64,000 nucleotides of DNA from Candidatus Marinacidobacterales bacterium (GTDB taxonomy: Bacteria > Acidobacteriota > Vicinamibacteria > Marinacidobacterales > SMYC01). Below are positions 28,568 through 38,019 of this stretch, piece by piece. Each line of letters opens with the position of its first letter. Position 1 is the first letter of the stretch. The DNA lies in the NCBI GenBank assembly GCA_965224085.1, contig CBDCYI010000004.1, positions 1,280,001 to 1,344,000 on the forward strand, given 5' to 3'. The notes under the pieces were generated by a model. That model was given only the letters and a program-made list of their open reading frames with translations. It did no database searches and was not told where the DNA came from. The position numbers and the translations under genes were made by a program.

Positions 28568-29660
28568 CGTTGCCTTGGTGCACAACTCCGATAGAGGCCG
28601 AGAGCTCGCTTGGCCCCGACTCCCATCATCCGATCATCTCGCTATCAGGCATCCCGAGCGCCGTCATGGTGTTGAGAATCTTGCACCCGATCCTTGCCTC
28701 GACTCTCTGTGCCGCCAACCCTCTCGCTCGCATCGCTGAGCCCACGATAGCCTTGTAGCGATGGAACGTTGTCTCGACTTTGCTCCGTTTGCTGTAGCCC
28801 GATTCTGTGTGCCACTTTCGTTTGCCGAGCCGAGCTTGTGCTGCAATGTTGCGATTGCGCTGTCGGCTGCTCGCCGGCCCCGATGCGAGCAGGGCGCCCT
28901 TGCGCGGCGGTATCAGCACCCTCGGCGAGCGATGAGCGCTGTGATTCTCGATTGCCTCATAGACGCCGCTGGCGTCGTATGCGGTGTCAGCTCTGGCCGA
29001 TGAGATGGGACTGTCGCTCTGTCCGACAAGCGATGCAACCCGCGATGAATCGCGGGCTCTTTTGCTCGTCAGCTCGCCGGCGACGACTTCGCCACTCTGC
29101 TCGTCGACACACAGATGGAGCTTGCGATAGTCCCTGCTATTTGGTGCTCTGCGCAGCTGGCCGGCGTGGACAGCGAGACCGCTGCTGTCGATCAAGATGT
29201 GCAACGGCGTCTTCTGCTTGTCTTGGTAGAAGGGGACCTTACCCAGCTTCGCCTTGCGCCTCGAGATCGTGGTGTGATCGGGCACATCATTGTCTAGCTT
29301 CATCAGAGCGAACAACGATCGCAGCAATCCCTCGCTCTGCCTAGACGACAGATGAAACACCATGCCCAGGGTGACAGCCGTCTCGATGGCGTGGTTCGAG
29401 TACTTGCGTTGACGGCCCGGTTTCCTCCTCCTTGGCCGGGGCGCGTCCCAGTTCACAAGCTTGCCGGCGGTGAGCGAGATCCAGACGGTCAGGCTCCCAC
29501 GGTTGCGTAGACCCGCCTCATATTCACGCCAATTCCTCACGCGATAGGCCTTCTTCACATACTTCCGCTGAGTGCGTTTGAAAATGCTCATGGGGAACCT
29601 CGTATCCGCGAGTACAGGACAATTGTGGACCGAGATCGCGAGTTGTGCACCAAGGCAACG
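28568..29660 (-). mobile_element. IS5-family (IS903-group) element
   Basis: Perfect 21-bp inverted repeat CGTTGCCTTGGTGCACAACTC at 28568-28588 / 29640-29660; no TSD. Confidence 0.9.
28626..29591 (-). CDS. IS5-family transposase
   Basis: YRVRNWREYEAGLRNRGSLTVW, PDHTTISRR, IDSSG, ADTAYD, GYSKRSKVET. Confidence 0.92.
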   Translation of the reverse strand: MSIFKRTQRKYVKKAYRVRNWREYEAGLRNRGSLTVWISLTAGKLVNWDAPRPRRRKPGRQRKYSNHAIETAVTLGMVFHLSSRQSEGLLRSLFALMKLDNDVPDHTTISRRKAKLGKVPFYQDKQKTPLHILIDSSGLAVHAGQLRRAPNSRDYRKLHLCVDEQSGEVVAGELTSKRARDSSRVASLVGQSDSPISSARADTAYDASGVYEAIENHSAHRSPRVLIPPRKGALLASGPASSRQRNRNIAAQARLGKRKWHTESGYSKRSKVETTFHRYKAIVGSAMRARGLAAQRVEARIGCKILNTMTALGMPDSEMIG

Positions 29661-30465
29661 GATCGGTGTATTTCGATGTTTCCTCCCGAGTCATAAAGGG
29701 CCGATCCGCGAGCTCGATGCGGCGGATCCATTTCACGTTGGAGCTCCCTTCATAGCCAGGAAGAAAGAGCCGGGCTGGATACCCTTGCTCGGGTCGAAGC
29801 GCTTCCCCGTTCTGCCCGTAAGCAATCATCGCATCATCCCAAGCTTTGGACATGGGAATGCTACGCGTCATCACCGCCGCATCCATGGCTTCCGCGAGAA
29901 ACCAGGTTGCTTTCGAGCTCGCGCCCACTTCCTCGAAGAGCGTCGCTAACGGTACGCCGGTCCATTCGCTGGTGCTGGTGAGGCCGTCGGCGTGTTGCGG
30001 CGTCATCTCGCGCCGCCTGCTGTCGAGACGGTAGGAGCGCCCACCGTTTCCCGAGCACTCGAGGAAACGGATCATGGATTTCGCAGGAAAGCGCTTCAAG
30101 TTGGCGAGAGTATAGACGGTCGGTCGTTCCACCATGCCGTGGATCAGAAGCGAATAGTTTTCGGGGTCGATCTCCGGTATACCCGCATGATGCCGCTCGA
30201 AGTGAAGGTCGGACGGAGTGATGATGCCCTCGAGATCCTAGAGTGGCGAGTGAGACGACGTGCGGGTCGAGCGGAACGGGATCCGTTGCGGCTGCTCGTG
30301 CGGCGAGCGCTGGCCGATCTCGCTCGCGAGGCGTCCCTGAACTTTGGTCGGATCCGAGGGCGCGGTCGTCTGGGTGTTGGCTTTGCTGGATAAAACAGCC
30401 GTTCCCAAGACGCCAGCGGCCCCCGCCAGGACCTTGCGTCGACTTACTTTTCTTGATTTCGACAT
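29661..30465 (-). pseudogene. soxC: Sulfite dehydrogenase SoxC-like molybdoenzyme; internal TAG (30238-30240) and IS-truncated
   Basis: Tat signal SRRKVL; ITPSDLHFERHH, FLECSGN, LRPEQGYPARL, TREETSKYTD. Confidence 0.82.
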
Positions 30466-30526
30466 TTCTCCTCCATAGATCGGCAGCGAGTATAACGCGA
30501 TCGCTATGGTTGCGGATCTGGCTGTG

Positions 30527-30865
30527 CTAATCGGAAGCCAGGCGTCCGAAGAGCGCGATCGTGCTCGTTATCACGGCACCAAAAAGCAAGACGGAGCCAA
30601 CGGCGACCCGATGCATAGCCTTCAACGTCGATTTCAGCTCGCGGATGTCCCTATCGTCGAAGTCGACTTCATCGTACAGGTATTTGGTCGACGGCAGATT
30701 GGTACGCGGCTCGTCGTGCACCTCCCTAACGCGATGGGCGCGCCCCTTGTCCTTCAACAGCTGCCACAGCTCGGGGATGCGGACATTGAATCGCCACACC
30801 AGTTTCACGCAGCTGAGGAACAAAGCAGCGTTCAAAACCACCGCAACGATCAGGGCAGCAGTCAT
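30527..30865 (-). CDS. Small hypothetical two-TM protein
   Basis: Hydrophobic termini; lies directly downstream of the dienelactone hydrolase. Confidence 0.45.
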   Translation of the reverse strand: MTAALIVAVVLNAALFLSCVKLVWRFNVRIPELWQLLKDKGRAHRVREVHDEPRTNLPSTKYLYDEVDFDDRDIRELKSTLKAMHRVAVGSVLLFGAVITSTIALFGRLASD

Positions 30866-30881
30866 GACGCTTTCATCGTTG

Positions 30882-31760
30882 TCACTCTGCGGCGGCGCGG
30901 CCGAGTAGATCGAGTAGACGCTTCCAAGCCTGCTGGCTCCCGAGCGCGGCCAAGCGAGCGCCTTCCGGGTCCAAGATCCGCCGGTCGCCCATGCCTGCCT
31001 GCACGAAGCCGTGGCCGACGTCCTCGTAGATGACGGGCTCGAAGCGTTTGCCGGCCGCCGCCATGCCCGCCACTGTGTCCTCGAGCGTCGCGTTGATGCG
31101 GAAATCGTTCTCGCCGTAGAAGCCGTAAACGGGCGCCGTGATCTTCGACAAATTCTCGTCTGCCTGAGCATTGCTCCCGTAGAACACGAAGGTGGCTGCG
31201 AGGAAGCGCGCGTGCGACGCAAAGCGGAACGCTTGCGTGCCGCCCCAGCAGAAACCGACGACGCTGACCGTGGTCGTCGTCGACGCGAGTCCGCGCGCGT
31301 AGCGGACCGCCGCTTCGAGGCGGCGCGTAATCTCGTCGGGGTCGAGCTTCCCCATAGCGCGCCGTACATCATCGGCTTCGTCGAAGCGCACCGGAGTGCC
31401 TACGCGGTGCGCAACATTGCTGGCGAAGCTGTCGCTTGCGCCGCCATCGGGTCCGTGGCCGGAAAGAAGATCAGGCACCACAGCGACGTAGCCGTTTGCC
31501 GCGAGCTCGTCCGCGACCGTTCGAATCCACGGCGTCATGGCGAGGCCCGTGTGGATTACGACGACGGAATCCGTCGCGTGGCTTTGCTCAGGGTAGACGA
31601 CGAAAGACGTCACGGAATCGTCGGATTCGTCAGTATTGGCAGGCACGTCAACATATTCCATGTGCCTCGGCGAGCGCGCGAGCTTCTCGCGGCTCGCGGC
31701 CGTTTGTTCATATGGCGGCGTCTGGATCGCCGCGAGAAGAAACATTGCCAGCCACCGCAT
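30882..31760 (-). CDS. Dienelactone hydrolase family protein
   Basis: VGFCWGG, YGEND, GHGF. Confidence 0.88.
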   Translation of the reverse strand: MRWLAMFLLAAIQTPPYEQTAASREKLARSPRHMEYVDVPANTDESDDSVTSFVVYPEQSHATDSVVVIHTGLAMTPWIRTVADELAANGYVAVVPDLLSGHGPDGGASDSFASNVAHRVGTPVRFDEADDVRRAMGKLDPDEITRRLEAAVRYARGLASTTTTVSVVGFCWGGTQAFRFASHARFLAATFVFYGSNAQADENLSKITAPVYGFYGENDFRINATLEDTVAGMAAAGKRFEPVIYEDVGHGFVQAGMGDRRILDPEGARLAALGSQQAWKRLLDLLGRAAAE

Positions 31761-31795
31761 TTCACACCTCTCGTGCGCGCCAAGTACCGCTTCGC

Positions 31796-32080
31796 TTAGC
31801 GATCCGCTCCGACGGTCATGGCTGCTTCTTTAGATGTCGTCTTCGCAGCTTCCACAGCGGCCTTAGCGGCCTTTTCTGCGGCGCGCGCTCCCTGGAGGAG
31901 ATTGAACATGCTGTGTTGCCTTCGTGACAGGCATACTCGAACATCGGACCGTCCGTCTTTACCATAGGAATCGCCGCAGACCAAGTTCGCTCGAACGACT
32001 CCGGATCGTCGATCGTATATTCGTAGAGGAGCTTGTCGGTCTCGACGCGCGTGAAGCGCTCGACAAGATGCACCCCCGGC
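31796..32080 (-). pseudogene. C-terminal fragment of conserved hypothetical protein (frameshifted)
   Basis: HLVERFTRV...TIDDP...MFEYACHEGN tail. Confidence 0.6.
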
Positions 32081-32138
32081 CACAAAATTGGGCCCGGCCG
32101 AGGGTGTTTCGACGAGCAGCTTCGATGCAGGTCCTTGC

Positions 32139-32590
32139 TCAATTGCTCGAGCCTAGCCACGTGACTTGAATCCCGGCCCCCCTGGAACCAACATGGGGAG
32201 AACAGCGAAACGATTCTTCGCGGCCTCAACGGTCACGGTGCGGCCGACGAGGATTCCCACCGCGGCACCGAAGACGACATCGCTCAAGTAGTGTTTGTTC
32301 TCGCTCAAACGCGAGCAAGCGATGTAACCGGCGAAGGCGTATGCGGGGAACCCGACTTTCTACCCGTAATGCCGTTGCAATACAGTGGCCGTCGCAAAAC
32401 TTCCCGAGGAGTGGCCGGAGGGGAAGGATTTGTTGTTCGAGCCGTCCGGTCTCTCGCGCTGTCCCGAATACTTCAGCACTTGAGTGAGTGTCTGCGTCAC
32501 GATCTGGGCCCTGACGAGATCCCGCCCGCGCCTTTCGAGGCTCGGCTTCGAGAAGACTTTACCCAATCCGTAAGCCGCGAAGGCGCTTCC
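32139..32590 (-). pseudogene. PAP2 phosphatase C-terminal fragment with internal TAG (32360)
   Basis: KYSGQRERPD, SFPSGHS, SRLSENKHYLSDV. Confidence 0.8.
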
Positions 32591-33324
32591 AATTGATGAG
32601 ATGCGACAGAAAGGGTTGGCGCCCGATCGACCGGCGCTCGGAGAGCCCGCTTTTGGAGCCATAGGACTCCGAGCAGATCGATGATGCCGGACCAGAGTCG
32701 ATCTTGGACGCCGTACTTGGACCGTCCGCTTCGTCGAGGTCGATGACGCACTTCAACCGAAGAGACGGCACCTCCTTGCATTTCCACCAATGCGGGCAGG
32801 AATCGGTGCATGTGATCGAAACTGGGCAATTTCAGAAGAGTGTCTCGGCGAAAGAGCTTGATACCGCAGCCTATGTCGGGCGCGCCGCTCCCGACGATCG
32901 CTCGGTATGCGATATTCGCCAGTTTCGAGGATACCCGTTTGACCCAGGGATCCTTTCGATTCTTACGCCATCCCATTACGATCGCCGGCGTGGGGGACGC
33001 GCGCTTCGCCGCACGGAACAGAACGAGAATGTCGGCGGGATCGTTCTGCCCGTCGCCGTCAAGAGTGACGATCCACTCTCCCCGTGCGGCGCACACGCCG
33101 GTTAGGATCGCCGCGCTTTGCCCCCGGGACCACTCGTGCCTGACCATCCGGACGGGAGGAAAACGAGTCACTACCGACTGCAATATGTCCCCGCTTCCGT
33201 CGACGCTCCCATCGTCCACGCAAACGATCTCGAAGCGGCGGTCAGCCAGGGCTTTGTGCACCGCCACCACGAGTGGCTCGATGTTGTCGCGCTCGTCTCG
33301 GATCGGGACGACGACGGAAATCAC
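32497..33324 (-). CDS. GT2 polyprenol-phosphate glycosyltransferase (C-terminus runs into the PAP2 fragment)
   Basis: VVVPIRDE, VDDGSVDG, LDGDGQNDP, HRPRRSGRSKYG. Confidence 0.85.
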   Translation of the reverse strand: MISVVVPIRDERDNIEPLVVAVHKALADRRFEIVCVDDGSVDGSGDILQSVVTRFPPVRMVRHEWSRGQSAAILTGVCAARGEWIVTLDGDGQNDPADILVLFRAAKRASPTPAIVMGWRKNRKDPWVKRVSSKLANIAYRAIVGSGAPDIGCGIKLFRRDTLLKLPSFDHMHRFLPALVEMQGGAVSSVEVRHRPRRSGRSKYGVQDRLWSGIIDLLGVLWLQKRALRAPVDRAPTLSVASHQLEAPSRLTDWVKSSRSRASKGAGGISSGPRS

Positions 33325-33570
33325 GCTCGAGACTATACTCAGGCTTTCTGACGAATCTCTGAAGCTCCAAGACGTTGTTTCAGCTGTAGCTCCACTCGTT
33401 TCATCTCCTCTCGAGCTCGCGTCGGTCTCTCACCGATTCCTGCTCCCTGTCGGGCACCCAAACCCACGTCAACTCTCCAGAACGAAATAGCGACGCTAAC
33501 TTCACCGCATCCTGTCGATCCGTCTTCATTCGAATATCTCAGATAGGTTTACGGTACCCGCTCATTACAG

Positions 33571-33599
33571 TTGACAACTCCTCTGCTCCTTACTATCGT
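33571..33599 (+). promoter_or_regulatory. Candidate sigma70 promoter of the nuo operon
   Basis: TTGACA-17bp-TATCGT upstream of nuoJ. Confidence 0.5.
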
Positions 33600-33664
33600 C
33601 CCCCGGGCACAGGCAAGATTCGGAAAGGGAAGAGGAGCTTGGGCGACCTCGCCTGCGCGAGGCA

Positions 33665-34210
33665 TTGTCGTCACTCCGGTTTCTGACGTTGCTTATCGCA
33701 CAGGCAGTTTTCTACTACATGGCGGCCGCCAGCGTCGTGAGCGCCCTGCTGGCTGTCACCCGCAAGAACCCGGTCCACAGCATGCTCTGGGTGCTGGCGC
33801 TCTTCCTCCACATGGCGGGCATGTTCCTTCTCTTGGACGCTGAGTTCCTGGCGGCCGTGCAGGTCATCGTCTACGCCGGAGCCATCCTGATCTTCTATCT
33901 CTTCGTGGTGATGCTGCTCGACCTGCCAGATGAGGAGGCGCGGCCGCGCTTCGGACAGCACTGGCCGTTCGCCGCTTTTGTAGGGCTCTCCTTCGCAGCA
34001 TGGGCATGGCTCGCCCGTTCGGACATGGACCTCTTTGAGGTCGGCATCGCCGCCGCGGCCGTGGATGGCCCGCCGCCGGGGAGCCTCGAGGACCTCGGCA
34101 TGGAGCTCTTCGGTCCGTTCGCGCTGCCCTTCGAGATGGCCTCGCTGGTGCTCCTGGCGGCCATCGTCGGCGCTATCGTCCTCGCCCGTAGGAGGGGGGC
34201 AAGGGCATGA
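33665..34210 (+). CDS. nuoJ: NADH-quinone oxidoreductase subunit J
   Basis: NPVHS, AEFLAAVQVIVYAGAI, PFEMASLVLL; start uncertain. Confidence 0.92.
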   Translation: MSSLRFLTLLIAQAVFYYMAAASVVSALLAVTRKNPVHSMLWVLALFLHMAGMFLLLDAEFLAAVQVIVYAGAILIFYLFVVMLLDLPDEEARPRFGQHWPFAAFVGLSFAAWAWLARSDMDLFEVGIAAAAVDGPPPGSLEDLGMELFGPFALPFEMASLVLLAAIVGAIVLARRRGARA

Positions 34211-34512
34211 TCGTTCCGTTGGGAACGATTCTCGGATTAAGCGCTGTCCTCTTCGGGATCGGTGTGTTCGGCTTCCTGGCCCGGCGCAACATCATCCTGA
34301 TGCTCGTCTCGGCCGAGATCATGCTCAACGCGGTCAACCTCAGCCTCGTCGGCTTTAGCAGGCATCTCGAAGACCCCCGAGGTCAAGTTCTGGCCCTCTT
34401 CGTCATCGCCGTGGCCGCCGCGGAGGCGGCGGTCGGTCTCGGGCTCGTGATCGCCTTGTACCGGAACAAGCCCGGGGTCAGAGTCGGCGACCTGACCGAG
34501 CTCAGATGGTGA
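34207..34512 (+). CDS. nuoK: NADH-quinone oxidoreductase subunit K
   Basis: EIMLNAVNL, AVAAAEAAVGL. Confidence 0.95.
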   Translation: MIVPLGTILGLSAVLFGIGVFGFLARRNIILMLVSAEIMLNAVNLSLVGFSRHLEDPRGQVLALFVIAVAAAEAAVGLGLVIALYRNKPGVRVGDLTELRW

Positions 34513-34521
34513 TGGCTCGAG

Positions 34522-35997
34522 ATGGGTGAGTCTGTGATACCGCTGCTCGCGGTGCTGGCGCCCGCCGTCGGCGCCCTCTTCATCGCCTTCACGGGTGAGC
34601 GTCGCACCAACTTGAGAGAGCTCTGGTCGTTCGCCGCGGGAATCGCGATGCTCGCTCTCGTTGCCAGCATGGTGCCGGAGGTTCTTTTGGGCGGCGGGCC
34701 CGGGATCGTGCTCTTCCGTCTCCTCCCCGGTATCGAGCTCGCGTTTCGCGTGGATGCCTTCGGCCTTCTTTTCGCCATCGGAGCGTCGGTCTGTTGGATT
34801 CTCACCTCGGCCTACTCGATCGGCTACATGCGTACTCTCGAGGAGCACGCGCAGACCCGCTACTTTGCTTGTTTCGCTCTAGCCCTCGCAGCCACTGTCG
34901 GTGTCGCCCTCTCCGCCAACCTCTTCACGCTGTTTCTGTTCTACGAAGGCTTGACGCTGGTCACCTACCCGCTCGTGGGTCATCACGAAGACGCCGAGGC
35001 CAGGGCCGGCGCTCGCAAGTACGTCATTTACCTGCTGGGTGCCGCCAAGGTGTTCCTGCTGGCGGCCATCATCCTGACCTACAACCTCGCTGGGACCCTG
35101 GAGTTTCGCGCCGGCGGCATCCTGCCCGCGGACAAGCTCGCCGAGCACCCCACGCTTTCTCTCGTGATCTTCGCTCTCTTTCTTTTTGGATTCGCAAAAA
35201 ACGCGCTCATGCCGCTGCACAGCTGGCTGCCGGCGGCGATGGTGGCGCCCACTCCGGTGAGCGCGCTCTTGCATGCGGTGGCCGTGGTCAAGACGGGGGT
35301 CTTCTGTACCGTTCGGGTCTTTCTCTTCGTCTTCGGTCCCGACGCCATGCGCGAGATCGGTGCCGATCAAGTCGCCCTGGTGGCCGCCTCGGTGACCATC
35401 CTCGTCGCCTCGCTGCTGGCGCTCAGTCAGGACAATCTGAAAGCGAGGCTGGCCTTCTCCACGGTGAGCCAGCTCTCCTACATCGTCCTCGGAGCAACGC
35501 TCTTGAACGCCAGTGGTGTCATGGGCGGCGTCGCGCATATCACCAACCATGCGGTATCCAAAATCACTCTCTTCTTCTGCGCCGGCTCGATCTACGTCTC
35601 TACCCGCAAGACCGAGATTAGCCAGCTCTCCGGCCTGGCCACGCGCATGCCGTGGACTGTGGCGGCGTTCTCGCTGGCCTCACTGAGCATCGTAGGGATT
35701 CCGCTCACCAGCGGCTTCGTCTCCAAATGGTACCTCGTCCTCGGCGCGGTGGAGCTCGAAAGCCTCGTCGTACTGGGCGTGCTTCTTGGGAGCTCGCTCC
35801 TCAGCGCGGCCTACCTGGGTCCGATCGTCTTCAAGGCCTATTTCGAGCCGGAGCCCCCGAAGAAAAACGACGGCGACGAAATCCGCGAGGTTCCCTGGAT
35901 GGTGGTGCCCCTTTTGATCACTGCCGCCTTTAGCCTGCTCCTGGGCCTCTTTCCCGGACCGGTGCTCGAGTTGGCCGGAAGAGCGATGCTGCCATGA
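34522..35997 (+). CDS. MrpD-family monovalent cation/H+ antiporter-like subunit
   Basis: NLFTLFLFYE, PLHSWLPAAMVAPTPVSALLHAVAVVK, LAFSTVSQLSY. Confidence 0.85.
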   Translation: MGESVIPLLAVLAPAVGALFIAFTGERRTNLRELWSFAAGIAMLALVASMVPEVLLGGGPGIVLFRLLPGIELAFRVDAFGLLFAIGASVCWILTSAYSIGYMRTLEEHAQTRYFACFALALAATVGVALSANLFTLFLFYEGLTLVTYPLVGHHEDAEARAGARKYVIYLLGAAKVFLLAAIILTYNLAGTLEFRAGGILPADKLAEHPTLSLVIFALFLFGFAKNALMPLHSWLPAAMVAPTPVSALLHAVAVVKTGVFCTVRVFLFVFGPDAMREIGADQVALVAASVTILVASLLALSQDNLKARLAFSTVSQLSYIVLGATLLNASGVMGGVAHITNHAVSKITLFFCAGSIYVSTRKTEISQLSGLATRMPWTVAAFSLASLSIVGIPLTSGFVSKWYLVLGAVELESLVVLGVLLGSSLLSAAYLGPIVFKAYFEPEPPKKNDGDEIREVPWMVVPLLITAAFSLLLGLFPGPVLELAGRAMLP

Positions 35998-36257
35998 GCT
36001 TCCTTACGAAACAGCTGGAAGATCCGGTCCGCTTCAAGCGGGTCAAGCTCTGGTTCTACGTCGGCCTGGTCGTGGTCGTTGCGACCGAGATCGTTCTGCC
36101 GCTTGTGTTCCACGGAGGCGACCACCACTTCTCGTTCGAGAGCTGGCCTGCCTGGGGCTCTCTCTATGGGTTGATCTCTTGCGTAGCGATCATCGTGGTG
36201 TCCAAGCTCATCGGAAAAGTGTGGCTGACGCGCCCCGAGGACTACTATGACGATTGA
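35994..36257 (+). CDS. Small two-TM accessory protein of Mrp-type clusters
   Basis: HFSFESWP...L.RPEDYYD; overlaps both neighbours. Confidence 0.75.
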   Translation: MSFLTKQLEDPVRFKRVKLWFYVGLVVVVATEIVLPLVFHGGDHHFSFESWPAWGSLYGLISCVAIIVVSKLIGKVWLTRPEDYYDD

Positions 36258-38019
36258 GTGGATCCACCCGGGGCTCATCCTCATTCTGGGCGCCTTTGTG
36301 TTGCCGTTGCTCAGCGGCCGGATCAAGCGCGTCGCCATGGTCGTCCTGCCGGCCGCGGCGGTGGTCGATTGCCTTTTTTTAACGACTCCCGGGACCCATG
36401 GCGAAGTCAGCTTCCTCGGCCAGGAAATGGTGTTCGGCCGGGTGGACAGCCTGAGCCTGATCTTCTCCTACGTGTTTTCGATCATGGCCTTGCTCGGGAT
36501 GATCTACGCGCTCCATGTCAAAGAAGATTCTCAGCACGTAGCTTCCTTGGTTTATGCAGGAAGTGCCCTCGGCGTGACGTTTGCCGGCGACTTCCTCTCT
36601 CTCTACATCTTCTGGGAGCTTTTGGCGATCGCTTCGGCGCTCTTGGTTTTGCTGCGCCGCGAACGAAGTGCGCTTCTAGCCGGGTTCCGCTACCTCTTGG
36701 TTCACGTGTTCGGCGGGCTCCTCCTATTGGCGGGAATTGTGCTCCATTGGGCTCAGACCGGCTCGATCGCCTTCGGGGACATGGGAGACTTCTCGGGCAG
36801 CCTCTCTTGGGGCTTGATCCTCGCGGCCTTTCTCCTCAACGCCGCGGTTCCGCCGCTCGGGGCGTGGCTTCCCGACGCCTATCCCGAGGCCACGGTCACC
36901 GGCGCCATCTTCATGACCGCGTTCACGACCAAGTCGGCGGTCTACGTTTTGATTCGCGGCTTCGCGGGCACGGAGCTCTTGGTGTGGCTGGGCGCCATCA
37001 TGGCGATCTACGGCGTGGTGTACGCGGTGCTAGAGAACGACGCTCGCAGACTGCTGGCCTACCACATCATAAGCCAAGTCGGTTACATGGTCTGCGGCGT
37101 AGGCATCGGGACGGCGCTGGCCCTAAACGGTGCCACCGCCCACGCCTTCGCGCACATCCTCTACAAGGCGCTGCTGTTCATGGGCGCCGGCGCCGTTTTG
37201 CAGATGACCGGGTTGCGAAAGCTGAGCGACATGGGTGGGCTCTACAAGACCATGCCGGTCACACTCGGGCTCTACATGATCGGAGGCTTTGCCATCTCGG
37301 CAGTGCCACTCTTCAGCGGCTTCGTGAGCAAGTCGATGGTGGTCTCCGCCGCCGGCGAGGAACACTTGACCGTGATCTTTCTCATGCTCACGCTAGCCTC
37401 CGCGGGAACCTTCCTGCACACCGGCCTCAAGCTTCCCTACTACATGTTCTTCGGCAAGGACTCGGGGCTCAGAGCCAAGGAGCCGCCCGTGAACATGCTC
37501 GTGGCCATGGGACTGGCCGCGGCCGCCTGCATCGTGATCGGAGTTTTTCCTCGACGCGTCCTCTACCCATCCCTTCCGAACGCCGCGGACTACGTTCCGT
37601 ACACACTGCCGCACGTCACGAGCACACTCGGGATGTTGGCCTTCACAGCGCTCGGTTTCTTCCTGCTGCTCAAGCAGCTCGATCCCGAGCGCACGGTAAG
37701 CCTCGACACCGACTGGTTCTACCGCCGTGGTGTGACGCGTCTCATGAACCTGATCCTGGGTCCCGTGGCACGTCTCGAGTACGGTTACATCGGTGAGTAC
37801 TATGAGCTCGTGATCCGGCGGCCCGTTTTGGGCGCAGCGAGTCTGTTCCAAAAATTCGACAGCCGGGTGGTCGATGCGGCGCTCGTGGGTGTGGGGCGCT
37901 CGACGCGGAGCTTGAGCCAGCACCTCAAGACCGTCGAAAGCGGCCATGTCCAACACTACGGACTCATCATGGCCGCCGGAATCCTGGCTCTAGTGGCCTT
38001 GTTGATGCTCGCCCTATGA
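36247..38019 (+). CDS. Na+/H+ antiporter subunit D-like protein with NuoL-like C-terminal helix (probable NuoL substitute)
   Basis: WLPDAYPEAT, AFTTKSAVY, LLAYHIISQVGYM, LDTDWFYR, then FDSRVVD...SGHVQHY tail. Confidence 0.8.
   Translation: MTIEWIHPGLILILGAFVLPLLSGRIKRVAMVVLPAAAVVDCLFLTTPGTHGEVSFLGQEMVFGRVDSLSLIFSYVFSIMALLGMIYALHVKEDSQHVASLVYAGSALGVTFAGDFLSLYIFWELLAIASALLVLLRRERSALLAGFRYLLVHVFGGLLLLAGIVLHWAQTGSIAFGDMGDFSGSLSWGLILAAFLLNAAVPPLGAWLPDAYPEATVTGAIFMTAFTTKSAVYVLIRGFAGTELLVWLGAIMAIYGVVYAVLENDARRLLAYHIISQVGYMVCGVGIGTALALNGATAHAFAHILYKALLFMGAGAVLQMTGLRKLSDMGGLYKTMPVTLGLYMIGGFAISAVPLFSGFVSKSMVVSAAGEEHLTVIFLMLTLASAGTFLHTGLKLPYYMFFGKDSGLRAKEPPVNMLVAMGLAAAACIVIGVFPRRVLYPSLPNAADYVPYTLPHVTSTLGMLAFTALGFFLLLKQLDPERTVSLDTDWFYRRGVTRLMNLILGPVARLEYGYIGEYYELVIRRPVLGAASLFQKFDSRVVDAALVGVGRSTRSLSQHLKTVESGHVQHYGLIMAAGILALVALLMLAL

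Noticed and set aside
30238-30240. In-frame TAG in soxC (and at 32360 in PAP2) as possible pyrrolysine or recoding
   Set aside because: Both genes are also truncated, the positions fit ordinary Gln/Trp codons, and TAG is used as a normal stop elsewhere in the window
36258-37796. Long alternative-frame and antisense ORFs (also 5079..6029, 12312..13421, 42421..43554)
   Set aside because: Arg/Gly/Pro-rich shadow ORFs of high-GC coding sequence with no recognisable motifs
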